In this document: positions 25,499 to 38,686 of the stretch, in pieces
How positions within the stretch are numbered: position 1 is the first letter of the stretch
Layout: each line of letters begins with the position of its first letter
NCBI GenBank assembly: GCA_951406725.2
Contig: OX597816.1
Location: 47,492,001 to 47,556,000, forward strand
DNA: 64,000 nucleotides
Direction: 5' to 3'
DNA from: Octopus vulgaris
Lineage: Eukaryota
Translations under genes and position numbers: made by a program
The notes under the pieces: generated by a model
Told to the model about the DNA's origin: nothing
The model's database searches: none
What the model saw: the letters and a program-made list of their open reading frames with translations, nothing else

Positions 25499-25880
25499 GT
25501 GTAAGCTATGGACACATAAGAGGTGCAGTAATATCAAAGGGAGGCTAACGGGGAAGATAGTTTTTGTATGTGGCAGATGCTCGGGAGCAATAAACACTGA
25601 AAATGTGCAGAGACCAACTTCCACCACATTCCAGGGAGAAAAACTAGAAGTAGTTGATAGCTTCCGTTACCTAGGGGACCAAGTCAGTAGTGGAGGTGGG
25701 TGTGCTGAAAGTGTAGCTGCTAGAATAAGAATAGCTTGGGCAAAGTTCAGAGAGCTCTTACCTCTGCTGGTGACAAAGCGCCTCTTGCTCAGAGTAAAAG
25801 GTAGACTGTATGACGCTTGGGTACGAACAGCCATGCTACATGGCAGTGAAACATGGGCTGTGACTGCTGAGGACATAATC
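25498..25880 (+). mobile_element. RTE-clade LINE RT fragment with Cys/His finger insert
   Basis: CKLWTHKRC..FVCGRC..LEVVDSFRYLGDQVSSGGG..ARIRIAWAKFRELLPLL..LHGSETW. Confidence 0.9.
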
Positions 25881-26562
25881 TCATGGCCTATGCCAGGGGC
25901 GTAATCAGCCCACTTATGCATACCTTTTCCTTCTTTGGACTCTAAAAATCTGCTTGCGAAGACCTGTTGAGGCAAGTGAAATCAATCAATCAAAAGCAAA
26001 ATCAAAATCAAGTTCAATGACTGGCGTCCGTGCTAGCAGGGTGCAAAGAGCACCATACGAGTGTGATCATTGACAGAGCGGCTAACCAGCTTCCATGCCA
26101 GTGGCACTTAAAGAGCACCATTATAGCGTGATCATTACCAGCGTCACCTTACTGGCACTTGTGCCCGTGCTAGTAGGGTGCCAAGAGCACCATCCGAGCG
26201 TGATTGTTGCCAGAGAAGCCAACTGGCTTCCGTGCCAGTGGCACGTAAAAGGGTACCATTCGAGCGTGATCGTTACCAAAGTCACCTTACTGGCACCTGT
26301 GCTGGTGGCATGTGTAAAAGGACTCGAGCGAGGTCATTACCAGTACCACCTGACTGGCCCCCGAGCTGGTGGCACATAAAGAGCATCCACTACACTCTCA
26401 GAGTGGTTGGCATTAGGAAGGGCATCCAGCTGTAGAAACTCTGCCAAATCAAGATTGGAGCCTGGTGAAGCCATCTGGTTTGCTAGCCCTCAGTCAAAAT
26501 CGTCCAACCCATGCTAGTATGGAAAGCGGACGTTAATCGATGATGATGACGATGATGATGAT
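25880..26562 (+). mobile_element. Family C retroposon / RTE 3' region with about 7 tandem units
   Basis: Repeated GTGC..GTGGCAC..CACCATTCGAGCGTG units, conserved end and (GAT)n; directly follows the RTE ORF fragment. Confidence 0.75.
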
Positions 26563-26564
26563 GC

Positions 26565-26597
<33 letters not shown>

Positions 26598-26953
26598 ATG
26601 TATATAAAGCCTAGCTATATCAAATTGAGATTATTTTAGTCTTTTAAAAGTACAGATTTCAACTTTAGCTTAATTTTTTTTTAAATCACTAACATCCATG
26701 AAATCGTTATACCATATTTAGTTTAAGGAAAAACTTAAAATCAATAGCCATGGAAATATCAAAATTTTAGATATTCAGTAAATCTCAGCATTACTTTTGA
26801 ATAATTCAAATGTAGTAAAAAATAAATAAATAATAACTAACCAGAATTTTCCTAAGTATTATATATATATATATACATGTATATATATGTGTGTGTGTGT
26901 GTATATATATACACACATATATATGTGTGTGTGTATATGTATGTGCATGTATA

Positions 26954-27076
<123 letters not shown>

Positions 27077-27198
27077 CTCTATATCTCTCTATATATATAT
27101 CTATATCATCATCATCATCATCATCATCATTTAGCGTCCGTTTTCCATGCTAGCATGGGTATATTATATATATACACATATATATATGTATATATATA

Positions 27199-27247
<49 letters not shown>

Positions 27248-27434
27248 AGAAAAGCTAATTATTTTCTTTTATCTTAAAAAGGGAAGAACACATTAAACAA
27301 AATATCCTCCATCAGTTACTTGGCATATCTTGAATGTATTGCTTCTCTGGGCTTTGCCACTCCAAAGAGTTGATTTCTAACAGCTGACTTGTTAGAAGCT
27401 CACAAGACAACCATCTTTCCAGCAACTTGTCTCC

Positions 27435-28460
27435 ATGACTGAACTGCAGTCATGGATCAAAAAGAGACCAAGGAAGGGCGAATGGCACTGCAAGTGTTGC
27501 ATTGCTCTCAAGCAACTATGCTGTCCCGGGTCGACCTTGAGCGACTTCAACACAGCCAAAGCATTCTATAGGGGAGGTACAACGATGATCTCAGGACGAA
27601 CCTGGGCATCAATGAGGATTACCTGACCCGCCTGTTCAAGACGACTTTCGGGCCAGGACTTATGGACAACTTCCAGAGATCCCTGGCCTGGCAGTGCTTC
27701 CGAGATGCACTACCCATTTGGGATAAGCTCTACAGACATGGCTTGAGTAACACGGGGGTGACCTACCCGAGATGTGGTCGGAGCGACGAAACCTTTCTGC
27801 ATGCACTTGTACAGTGTCCAACCATTTCCGACTTGTGGGCTTATGTCGAACAACTGCTGTCACGTGTGGGATGAGTCGGTTTATCAGCCAAATCTATTGT
27901 CAATATCATCACGCCTCCTTCCTTCAAACGGGAAGAAAGAGCTATTTTCATCATACTTGTGGCTATGGCAAAAGAATGTATCTGGTGGACGTGTCTGAAA
28001 GGATTAGAGACAAACACCTTCCTCTCTGGTCAATCTCTCATCAACTTCTTCAAGTATCACTTGAAAAGGAAAGTGAGAGTAGAGAGGCAAGTTTTGTCTA
28101 GCGAATGTTTCAAAAAAAGATGGGTGTATGTAGCAAGGCTGGCACGTATGAATGATGAAGCCACTTTGAGCATAATCCTATGAACCCGGAAAAAATTTAA
28201 AACAGAGAGTTACTTACTTGCAAAGACCGAGGTTACCGTGGTCTTTTCCGTAGGCTTATCTTTCCATGGATAAACCTTATCTGTTTCCCCCTTTACACTT
28301 TACATCGTGACATTTCTGTGATACATGAACCCTATTGATGTTTTTTTTTTACGATCCCTTTTGATCGAAAACCTCCCCCTTTTTTTTTCTTCCCAAAAAG
28401 AAAAGCTCTACTTTGTAATTTGTCCCCTCTGTGTTCAGCCCTGTGTGGCTAATAAAGAAA
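27435..28460 (+). mobile_element. L1/Tx1-like LINE 3' end (zinc-finger region of ORF2 plus 3' UTR), defective
   Basis: SLAWQCFRDALP..PRCGRSDETFLHALVQCP..W (zf-RVT-like CCHC), AKECIWW, F..RW; in-frame stop; ends AATAAAGAAA. Confidence 0.8.
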
Positions 28461-29119
28461 CATTTCTTTCTAGCAATAACTTTGGTCTCCTTTTCGAATT
28501 CAATAGCTTTTAAGACTTATGGACATGTTTATAAAACCAAAAGAACAGCACAGCACTCATGACTTTTCAAAACATTTTTTGAAGTTCAGAATTTTTAAAA
28601 CTTAAAATAAACTATATTGTGTGTCCATATTAACTTGTAGCAACACAAGCAGTCCGTGCCATATTGGATGAGATCTCACAGCAGCCATTGCCATCTCCAA
28701 AACTGGAGTGAGACCTCACCTGCATCCATTTGCCATTCATAAGATCACAATGAGGTTCGTGATGGCAAACTGGATATAAGGGCCCAACAAAACAGACTCG
28801 ATCTCTTTTCACCGCAAGTGCTTGCAGAACACACTTCGCTGGCTGAGTCTCCAGCCTAGTCTGGTCTACATGTCATATCTCACAGCTTGAGATAGTATGC
28901 TGAGAGCAACACACTTCACCTATTCTGTGAAACTTGTAAATAAACTGGTTGTGAATTGCATTTGTACTTAAGACTTCTTTCCTCACCTGCTGGAGCCTGA
29001 GCTACACAAAGAACTATTTTAATGGGAGAAGGCGATATTCACCCAATATCATAAACCTTGCCTCCCATTATAAACTGTTAGGACATTGCATCCCACAAAA
29101 ATTCCTTGCTTCCTGGAAT

Positions 29120-29368
29120 TCGGAGTTGCTGAAGCATGGAACAAATTGCTGGCATCAGTTGTTAGTTGTCGGAGCACTGCATCCTTCAAAGCTTCCATGC
29201 TTCCTGAGATTCACCAACACTACACCTGATTTTCTCCCCTCCATACACACGCAAGCATGTATCTGACTCATACACTGTTCACTTCCCAGACATTTGTACA
29301 TTACTGCATATACTTTATACGCACTTTTGACAAGTTGTGGTGCACCTGAGCACTGTATACAATAATTT
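29120..29368 (+). mobile_element. CR1/L2-like LINE 3' end
   Basis: RVAEAWNKLLASVVSCRSTASFK matches the R..WN.LP..V...S...FK C-terminus of CR1/L2/Jockey-group ORF2. Confidence 0.75.
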
Positions 29369-30104
29369 CAGTATATTATATTATATATAGTCCTGATGTG
29401 TTTGCTTATGCAGCCTTATTTTTTCTACTTCTCTACCTCTGTGTTTTACTGTATATGTACTTCTAGCTTTCATTGCTGTCTTTTTTTAACCTCCTTCATT
29501 TCATTAATTGCAGGAGAGGTTGTTTGTTGAGAATGAGCCAGGACACTTAGCATCTATTGACCTGTAATATGGTAGTTTCTAACAAAACTGGGTGTCAATG
29601 GATGTATTAATAGAGCTGGGCATGGGATGGACAGGATGCTGTCAGCAGGGTGAGAGCTGCAAAACCCTGTTAAAAATTTAGTATACTGGCAGGGCAAGCA
29701 AAGCCTTGTGAATGGATTTGGGAAATGGAAACAGAGAGAAGCCTGTTGTATATCTCTCTCTCTTTCCCTCACTATGTGTGTATGTGTGTGTGTGTGTATA
29801 ACTGTGTATATGTGTGTGTGATTGAGTGTGACAGTGTGTGTGTGTGTGTGTTTGTGTGTGTGCATGTATGTGTTGCATCGCCTTGTCTTGGTATCATGTG
29901 ATAGTCGTAAAAGAGCATTACTGCTATACAGGCAGTGTCATTCATTTCCAATATTCTGCAGAAACATGTCTGACTGTTGGGGAAATATTACCTTACTTGG
30001 AGACAGGTGACAGTTGGCAACAAGAAGACCACCTGGCTGTAGAAAACTCTACTTCAATAAATTCATCTGACACCATTCCAGTATGGAAAAGTGAATGTTA
30101 AAAC

Positions 30105-30503
30105 AATGATGATATTGACGACGACGACAATGATGATGATTATGATGATGATGATGCAGATGATGATGATGATGCTGATGAGGATGATGATGCAGATGAT
30201 GATGATGATGCAGATGATGATGATGATGCAGATGATGATGATGAGGATGATGATGCAGATGATGATGATGATGCAGATGATGATGATGACGCAGATGATG
30301 ATGATGATGCAGATGATGACGACACTTATAATATTGATGATGATGATGATGATGGTGATGATGGTACAGATGAGGATGATGATGCTGATGAGGATGATGA
30401 TGCAGATGATGATGATGATGCAGATGATGATGACGATGAGGATGATGATGCAGATGATGATGATGATGCAGATGATGATGACGCAGATGATGATGATGAC
30501 GCA

Positions 30504-30536
<33 letters not shown>

Positions 30537-30668
30537 AATGATGATGATGATGATGATGACAATGATGATGATGATGACGACGGTGACGGTGATGATGGCG
30601 CTGGTGATGATGATGATGATGACACAGATAATATTGATGATGATGACAATGATGATGATAATATTAAT
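30105..30668. repeat. Expanded (GAT)n/(GCA) compound trinucleotide tract
   Basis: About 560 bp of GAT with periodic GCA/GAG/GAC; starts where a decayed retroposon 3' end (about 29870-30104) finishes. Confidence 0.9.
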
Positions 30669-30982
30669 AACGAATGATTTAAATGCCCATCAAGACTCAA
30701 GTTCTCGGGACCGTTTTGTCTTATTATAGTTCTCAACGCTTTAATAGATAAGTTCAAGACTGAATGTCTGTGGCAAGTTCCTGTATGATGACAACCTAGT
30801 TATTATAACCGAAAGCGAAAAACAGACTGTCCATGTCCACATGTTTTTTTTTGTTTTTTTTTGCTTTTGCTTTTTGTTTTTACTTCAATAAACTATTCTA
30901 TCAAACAGTACGCAAACGGTTGCCACCCATATGGAAATAAGATAGTTTCTAATTGATTTAACATCACTTTCTAACTACTTAC

Positions 30983-31044
30983 CTAGAATATCCGACTTTG
31001 ATTAAAATTACATTAAATCTTCAGTATATATCATTTACATCACA
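30983..31044 (-). other. Candidate non-coding first exon (copy 2)
   Basis: Paralog of 4767-4828 with identical donor CTAG|GTAAGTAGTT; the Inr-like word is TCTGT here. Confidence 0.35.
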
Positions 31045-31407
31045 GACACTTTGCATATATATATTGATTAGCCATATGCGAGCTATGTTTACGAAGGAGA
31101 ATCGGTAAACTGCAGGAGGAGAGTAATATTCGTTCTCAAAGGCAACGAGCTGATACTTTGTCCAGATTTTATGTGCTACAACAACAACAACAGCAGCAGC
31201 AGTAGCAGCAGCAGCAGCAGTAGCAGCAGCAGCAGTAGCAGCAGTAGCAGTGGCAGCAGTGTTATCAATATTGGTGATGTTAACGATGATGATTTATGAT
31301 GCCAGTGTTGCATCTGCATATATTCATATACATGTAGTATATGCATATATGCATATATGTGTATATATGCATATATGAATGTATGTATGTGTGTGTATAT
31401 ATATATG

Positions 31408-31492
<85 letters not shown>

Positions 31493-31893
31493 ACATGTAT
31501 GTATATATGTATGTGTGTGTGTGTGTGTGGTTGTAAATATCTATATATGTATATATATATGTGCATACACACACACATATGCATACAGACTGCAGCTGCA
31601 TGGCTAAACTGGATAAAGGAAATAAAAGAAACGTTGTGCTTTGTGAATGTATCTAAATTCTAACTGTTTATATCATGTAAATGTGTATATATTTGCGTGC
31701 ATATGTATATGTGCATGCATGTGTATATATGTGTGGGCATGTGTACATATGCATGTGTGCATATGTGTGCATGTATGTATGCATATATATTTATACATAT
31801 TCACATATATATATATATTCACACATATGTGTTTTTGCGTTCTTGTCCCACTTTGTAATTTATATTTTATATTTAATTTCTATACATATATAT

Positions 31894-31980
<87 letters not shown>

Positions 31981-32462
31981 CATATATATATATAATGTCT
32001 CATCTTTGTCTGTTTTGTGATAAAGTATTTCTTTTTATCCTCATGATAATTGAAAAGCATTGCTGTGCAGATTTTTTTCAATGCTGAGAAATATTTCAGC
32101 TTATTGTTATAACTTTTGGATTCATTATTTAAATTTTTCGAATCATTTTTATCATTATATTATAATTTCTTGAGATACTTCTTCTTCCCTCCTGTTAGTT
32201 AAATCTTGACACATGTTCATCATTTGAGCATTTTAACTTATACAATTCTGTCTTAATTCATTTTTTTTGTTTTCTCATTTATCCTCCATCGCTAACATGC
32301 AGGTGGAGACTTTGAAAAGTCTAATTTATATATATAGATATACATATATACATACATGCATACATCTTCCTACATCTATCTGTCTGTCTGTCTGCCTGCT
32401 TGCCCGTCCGTCTATCTGTCAGTCTGTCTGTCTCTCCCCGCTTCTCTCTCTTCACTGTATGT

Positions 32463-32624
32463 ATATGGTTATGTGGTAAAAAGCTTGCTTCCTAACTCCT
32501 TGGTTCTCTGTTCAGTCCTACTATGTGGCACCTCAGACAAGTGTCTTTTACTACAGCCTTGAGCTGACCAAAGCCTTGTGAGTGGATTTGGTAGATGGAA
32601 ACTGAAAGAAGCCCATACTATATG

Positions 32625-32667
<43 letters not shown>

Positions 32668-32856
32668 GTGCCAGTGCCATGTAAAAAGCACCAACTACAC
32701 TCTTGAAGTGGTTGGCATTAGGAAGGGCATCCAGCTGTAGAAACTCTGCCAGATCAGATTGGGACATAGTGCAGCTGCTAGCCCTCCAGACCTCAGTCAA
32801 ACCGTCCAACCCATGCCAGCAAGGAAAACGGACGTTAATCGATGATGATGATGATG

Positions 32857-32888
<32 letters not shown>

Positions 32889-33085
32889 TTACAAATGTGT
32901 GTCTGTGTCTTTGTGTCTGTATCTGTCCCCCTACCACAACTTGTCTACCTGTTTTGGGGTGTTTACATCCCTGTAACTTAGTGGTTCAGCAAAAGAGACC
33001 GATAGAATAAGTACTTGACTAAAGGCGGTGCTCCAGCATGGCTGCAGTCAAATGACTGAAACAAATAAAAAAATGTAAAAAAGAG
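32463..33085 (+). mobile_element. SINE family A with a family C fragment (32667-32857) inserted in its TA tract
   Basis: A head 32463-32615, C 3' end with (GAT)n, A tail 32900-33085. Confidence 0.8.
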
Positions 33086-34186
33086 AGAGTGAGAGGAAAT
33101 CAGAAATTACTCATTTTGCCCCGGATGCCAGTTTTGCTCAACCACCCTATGCAAGTTCATATGCATTATGTATCTGATTTCTAAATAGGACATGGATGAC
33201 TGAATCTTTACTTACTAAAATCACTGAACTGGATGCCCCCCCCCTAAACAATCACCAAATCTCAAAATAATGGAACATTGATGTGTATTTTTTTTTTCAG
33301 AAATAGCAAATACAGACCCACCACACTCTGCAACTGTTGCTGAATATGATAAAGTAGGTCTTACTTGAGGAAAGGCCCAAGATTCCTCTAACAACTGTTC
33401 AGTACTTGTATGAGTCAGTTCTTTGATATAACAAAGCTGTGATTATTGCCAAAGTGGATCAACACTGAATAATACAACCTTCATTTAATTTCCATTATTT
33501 TGTTACAACCTCTGTACACACACACACTCACACACACACACACACAAACACATGTACACAAATATACACACATATATATACTTTTGTATATATATGTATA
33601 ATATTTAAAGGTAGAATTGTTAGCCTGCTGGGAAAAATTCTTAGGGCATTTCGTCCATCTTTACACTCTGAATTCAAATTCTGCCTGGGTCAACTTTGCC
33701 TTTCGATAAAATAAGTACCAGTTGAATACTGGGGTTGATGTAATTGACTTACCTGCTCCCCAAAATTGCTGACCTTGTGCTAAAATTTGAAATCAATATA
33801 CATAGTATTTTAATATGAGCTATTAATAGTTTCATGTTGTGGAAGTACAATAATTTGCCAGATTTATATCTCATGCCTTGTGCCTCTAAGTGATCACTCA
33901 GGGTCAAACATACAACATAGCTGGTCTTATTTCATGGAAAAAAAAAAAGCTGACCATGTTATGTCGTCAACCTTGAAGGATCACCTTGGAGATGCGAGGC
34001 ATGATACATTAATCTGATGATTTATTGCTCTCACAGCATGAAGCTATAAGTAACTCATGTTTAAATACCATGTATATTAAATAATATTTAACTCCCACTG
34101 GGTGGTGTACGTTCTTGTTGATCCTACAAATAATCTAATAATGGAACAATATACTATATATGTGTGTGTATGTGTATATATATATG

Positions 34187-34244
<58 letters not shown>

Positions 34245-34245
34245 G

Positions 34246-34307
<62 letters not shown>

Positions 34308-34606
34308 CATATATACATATATACACACATATATATATATATATCTCGATATACATAAATATATTAATCAAAGTGTGCAATATTATATATCCATTTACGG
34401 CTGATCCTACCAATTGGTTTTCCCACTAGGGGTTCAACAGTCTGATTATGTAACTCTGCACTCACGCACACTCACACACTCACACACACACACACATGCA
34501 CACATATGTACATACATATATAGGGTGTATATGGATACGTTCATTTATAAAGAAATATATGTAAAGTAAGATATATAATATAATATAATAATATAATATA
34601 GCATAT

Positions 34607-35010
34607 AGGTGCAGTTGTGGCTTCACAATCACATGGTTTCTGGTTAAGTCCCACAGCATAGCATCTTGGGCAAGTGTCTTCTACTATAGCCTCGGGCCGA
34701 CCAAAGCCTTGTGAGTGGATTTGGTAGCTGGAAACGGAGAGAAACTCATCGTATACACACATGTATATATATATATGTATTTATGTGCATGTATGTGTGG
34801 GTGTGTATTCTGTCTATATATGTGTACGTGCCTCTGTGTCTATGTTTGTCCTCTGCCACTGTTTAATAACTGGTGTTGGTGTATCTATGTTTCTGTAACT
34901 GAGTGGTTTGGCAAAAGACACCAATGGAATAAGTACCAGGCAAAAATTCTTAGAGGAGGTGCTCCAGCATAGCCACAGTCTAATGACTGAAACAAATAAA
35001 AAGATACAAA
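34607..35010 (+). mobile_element. SINE family A, diverged
   Basis: Head and tail recognisable. Confidence 0.75.
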
Positions 35011-35052
35011 AAAGATAATATAATATAATATAATATAATATAATATAATATA

Positions 35053-35101
<49 letters not shown>

Positions 35102-35240
35102 CATATATTATATGATGCATACACACACAAAGACATATGTATGTATGCATGCATGTTTGTATGTATGTATGTATGTATGTCATTATTCAGTTTTATTTCA
35201 AAATTTCTTGCTAATAGAGAAAGAACCAGTTTCTAAACTA

Positions 35241-36512
35241 TTAGGTTGTTCCGAAAATAATGGCTGCTCTAAATGTTGTGTTTTGAAACGCAAGTTTATC
35301 ATAGTTTTTTAATTATATTTTAAGTGAATTTCAACAAACTTAATAATTGATGTAGGCTCTTTAATAATTTTCTACAAATTTCAGACAGAAAATATTCTTG
35401 AAGCACAGGCGCCCTTAATTATGAACATGACAAAAAGGGACCTTTGATTACTTTTCGATTTCAAGCTTGGGCACAATACCTCCCAAACTGCTGCCAATAT
35501 CAACAGAGCATGGAGAGAGGAGTACACAAGTGATCACACAGTACGAAGGTGGTTTCAGAAATTCCATAGTTGTGATGAGAGCCTTGAAGATGAAGATAGA
35601 GGGGAGTCATGCAGTCTTGACAATGAACAATTGAAAGCAATTGTTGAAAAAAAACCCACATCAAAGAAATGTCTCAGGCACTTGGGGTCAGTATTGCAAT
35701 GGCCTCATGCAATCTGCAGAAGATTGGTAAGGTGAAAAAGCTTGATAAATGGGTACTGCATGAGCTCAATGAAAATAAAAAAGTTCGGTGTTTTGAAGTC
35801 TGCTTGATGCTCTTTCTGCAAAACACCAATGATCCTTTTCTTGACCAAATAGTCACTTGTGATGAAAAGTGGATCTTTTATGATAACCATAAATAACCAG
35901 CTCAATGGCTTGTTTGTGATGAGTCCCCCAAACATTTTCCAAAGCCAAAGTTGCATCAGCAAAAGATTATGGTGACTGTCTGGTGGTCTGCAATTGGTGT
36001 TGTCCATTATAGCTTTCTGGAAGCCAATCAGAGCATTACAGCAGAGGTTTACTACAATCAACTTGCTGAAATGCATGCTCACTTTCAAAAAATGAGACCT
36101 GCATTGGTGAATTGGTGACCTGCATTAGTAAATTCTACTCCACGATAATGCAAAGTCACATGTTGCAAAAATGATGCTGCAGAAACTCACAGACTTGGGA
36201 TACAAGACTTTACCACATCCTCCATATTCTCCTGATCTTTCACCCGCTGACTACCATTTTTTAAAGCATTTAAACACGTTTTTAAGTGATAAAACTTTCA
36301 GGTGCAAACCAGAGGTGGTATCGGCTTTCAAAGATTTCTTAGCATCAAAGTCAATAAGTTTTTATCAACGAGGCTTAAATAATCTCGTTGATCAATGGTA
36401 GAGATGCATAAATGTTCATGGCTCATACTTTGACTAATCAAAACATTTCTATTGTTAATTTTTCCAGAATAAAATTATGTTTCTGAAATTGGCCATTATT
36501 TTCAGAACCAAA
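35241..36512 (+). mobile_element. Mariner transposon, near full length, pseudogenised
   Basis: TIRs TTAGGTTGTTCCGAAAATAATGGC / GCCATTATTTTCAGAACCAAA, TA TSD, about 1.27 kb; WVLHEL, IVTCDEKWIFYDN, LLHDNA, HPPYSPDLSPADY (DD34D type) broken by stops and frameshifts. Confidence 0.95.
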
Positions 36513-36630
36513 TAGATCTAAAGCTCCTTCATTGGAACTTCAACAGGGTATTTTTGTATGTATGTATGTATGTATGTATGTATGTATGTATGTATGTATG
36601 TATGTATGTATGTGTGTATGTATGTATATG

Positions 36631-37005
36631 TCAGGTCACTTTCAAGGGCTACTGGTAACATGTAACCCAGTACAACCTGTTGCATGGTCGGACTGAATAC
36701 CCAATCGCGTGGTTAAACCATTGGGAGTGAAGGACTCCTAGCCTTTGTTAGGGCATCCTTCTAGGAGAAGGTAACTCAGGTAACTGGGATAACTCCGACA
36801 CAAAACCTGCAGCTCAGTGGTTACCGATGATGTTGACTTGTTCTTCTTTTCAGAGTATGGCTGCTGTTGCTTAGTGAGTGGGATTGACTCAGTGCACAGC
36901 CTTTGCTCACTTTAAAAAAAATCTTCTTGCACAGGCATTGCACAATAATAACATTGATTAAGCTTCGTACAATGGCCATACTCGATAATGAGGGGGCAGC
37001 CACCA
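36631..37005 (+). mobile_element. Second copy of the (TATG)n-embedded repeat
   Basis: Matches 16655-16975 in reverse; different 5' segment; TATG tracts on both sides. Confidence 0.65.
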
Positions 37006-37011
37006 TGTATG

Positions 37012-37045
<34 letters not shown>

Positions 37046-37569
37046 TGTATGTATGTATGTATGTTTGCATGTATGTATGTATTATGTATACATGCAAATT
37101 TGTATGTTTTGTTTTATGCATGTATTCTCACTCATATAGTTGCATGTATGTATGTATGTATGTATGTATGTATGTATGTGTGTATTTATGTATGTATGTA
37201 TGTATGTATGTATGTATGTATGTATGTATGTATGTATGTATGTATGTATGTATGTATGTATGTATGTATGTATGTATGTATGTATGTACATACGTATGTA
37301 TGTATTTATGCATCTATGACCATAAATATACATGTGCCTTTCTGTCATGGAATGGGTTAGATGGTTGTCACAGTCTGAATCAATTCTTATTCAAAGTTAT
37401 AGCTCTTCATATTAGGTCAGGGGTCATGTCTTGCTCATCTGTTCCATTTTTGATAGAGTTTTCACAGTTGGATACCCTTCCTGTCACTAATCCCTTTACA
37501 GAGTCTACAAAGTGAATTTTACCGTGGTACTGGCACTAGTAGTGCCACAGCAAGGAAAAAGAGTTATGA

Positions 37570-37858
37570 TTCTAAGTCTTTATTCATTCTAAGTCTTTAT
37601 TCATTCTAAGTCTTTATTCGTTCTAAGTCTTTATTCATTCTAAGTCTTTATTCATTCTAAGTCTTTATTCGTTCTAAGTCTTTATTCATTCTAAGTCTTT
37701 ATTCGTTCTAAGTCTTTATTCGTTCTAAGTCTTTATTCATTCTAAGTCTTTATTCGTTCTAAGTCTTTATTCGTTCTAAGTCTTTATTCGTTCTAAGTCT
37801 TTATTCATTCTAAGTCTTTATTCATTCTAAGTCTTTATTCGTTCTAAGTCTTTATTCA
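37570..37858. repeat. 17-bp minisatellite TTCTAAGTCTTTATTC(A/G) x17
   Basis: Perfect units differing only at one A/G position. Confidence 0.97.
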
Positions 37859-38248
37859 TTCACTAGAATCTAGAAGGGTGTCTGTCTGATCCTTGACAAG
37901 ACCAGTCGAAAGAGAATCATCACTCACTTGTTTTGTTTCTGTTTGTTCATACTTTTCTTTGTATGTGGATATGTAAAAACAGGTCATTTTCTATAACGTC
38001 CCCAGCCGTTGCAGAGACAGGCTTGCCTATTATTAGGCTAGAGCCCCCGTTTTTTTGCACTGATGTGGGCTAAAGTACCTCCTCCACTTTTTCTAGTGTT
38101 TTTTGTTAAAGCTCATCGGTCAGCATGTTAGTTTTATGTCCCAGCAGAGTGGGTAGCCATTCAGAGGTTCATAGTAACAGTATAGACAGCTGGGTATAAA
38201 GGTTATCTCTTTCCTAGCCCTCAGGGGGTAACTTGAGCCTAGTAACCC

Positions 38249-38400
38249 GGCTGTGTGGTAAGTAGGTTGCTTACGAACTACATGGTTCCAGGTTCAGTCC
38301 CACTGCGTGACACATTGTCTTCTACTATAGCCTCGGGCCTACCAAAGCCTTGTGAGTGGATTTGGTAGACGGAAACTGAAAGAAGCTCGTCGTATATATG

Positions 38401-38455
<55 letters not shown>

Positions 38456-38686
38456 GTGTGTGTGTATACGTTTGTGTGTATACGTTTGTGTGTCTGTGTT
38501 TGTCCCCCCTACATCGCTTGACAACCGATGCTGGTGTGTTTATGTTTCCGTAACTTAGCGGTTCGGCAAAAGAGACTGATAGAATAAGTACTAGGCTTAC
38601 AAAGAATAAGTCCTGGGGTCGATTTGCTCGACTAAAGGCGGTGCTCCAGCATAGCCACTGTCAGATGACTGAAACAAGTAAGAGAG
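38249..38686 (+). mobile_element. SINE family A
   Basis: Consensus head (slightly truncated) and tail. Confidence 0.85.

Noticed and set aside
26030-26385. Palindromic repeats with spacers resembling CRISPR
   Set aside because: Linkers are mutually homologous and lie inside a high-copy retroposon
30091-30757. Poly-Met/Gln and poly-Ser ORFs (could suggest reflectin-like or acidic proteins)
   Set aside because: Pure (GAT)n tail expansion; no reflectin motif or other complexity
34008-34060. CTGATGA..GAAG..TA
   Set aside because: Core mismatch and stem I does not pair; chance cannot be excluded
37570-37858. Possible CRISPR array
   Set aside because: Head-to-tail tandem repeat without spacers; eukaryotic context; no cas genes
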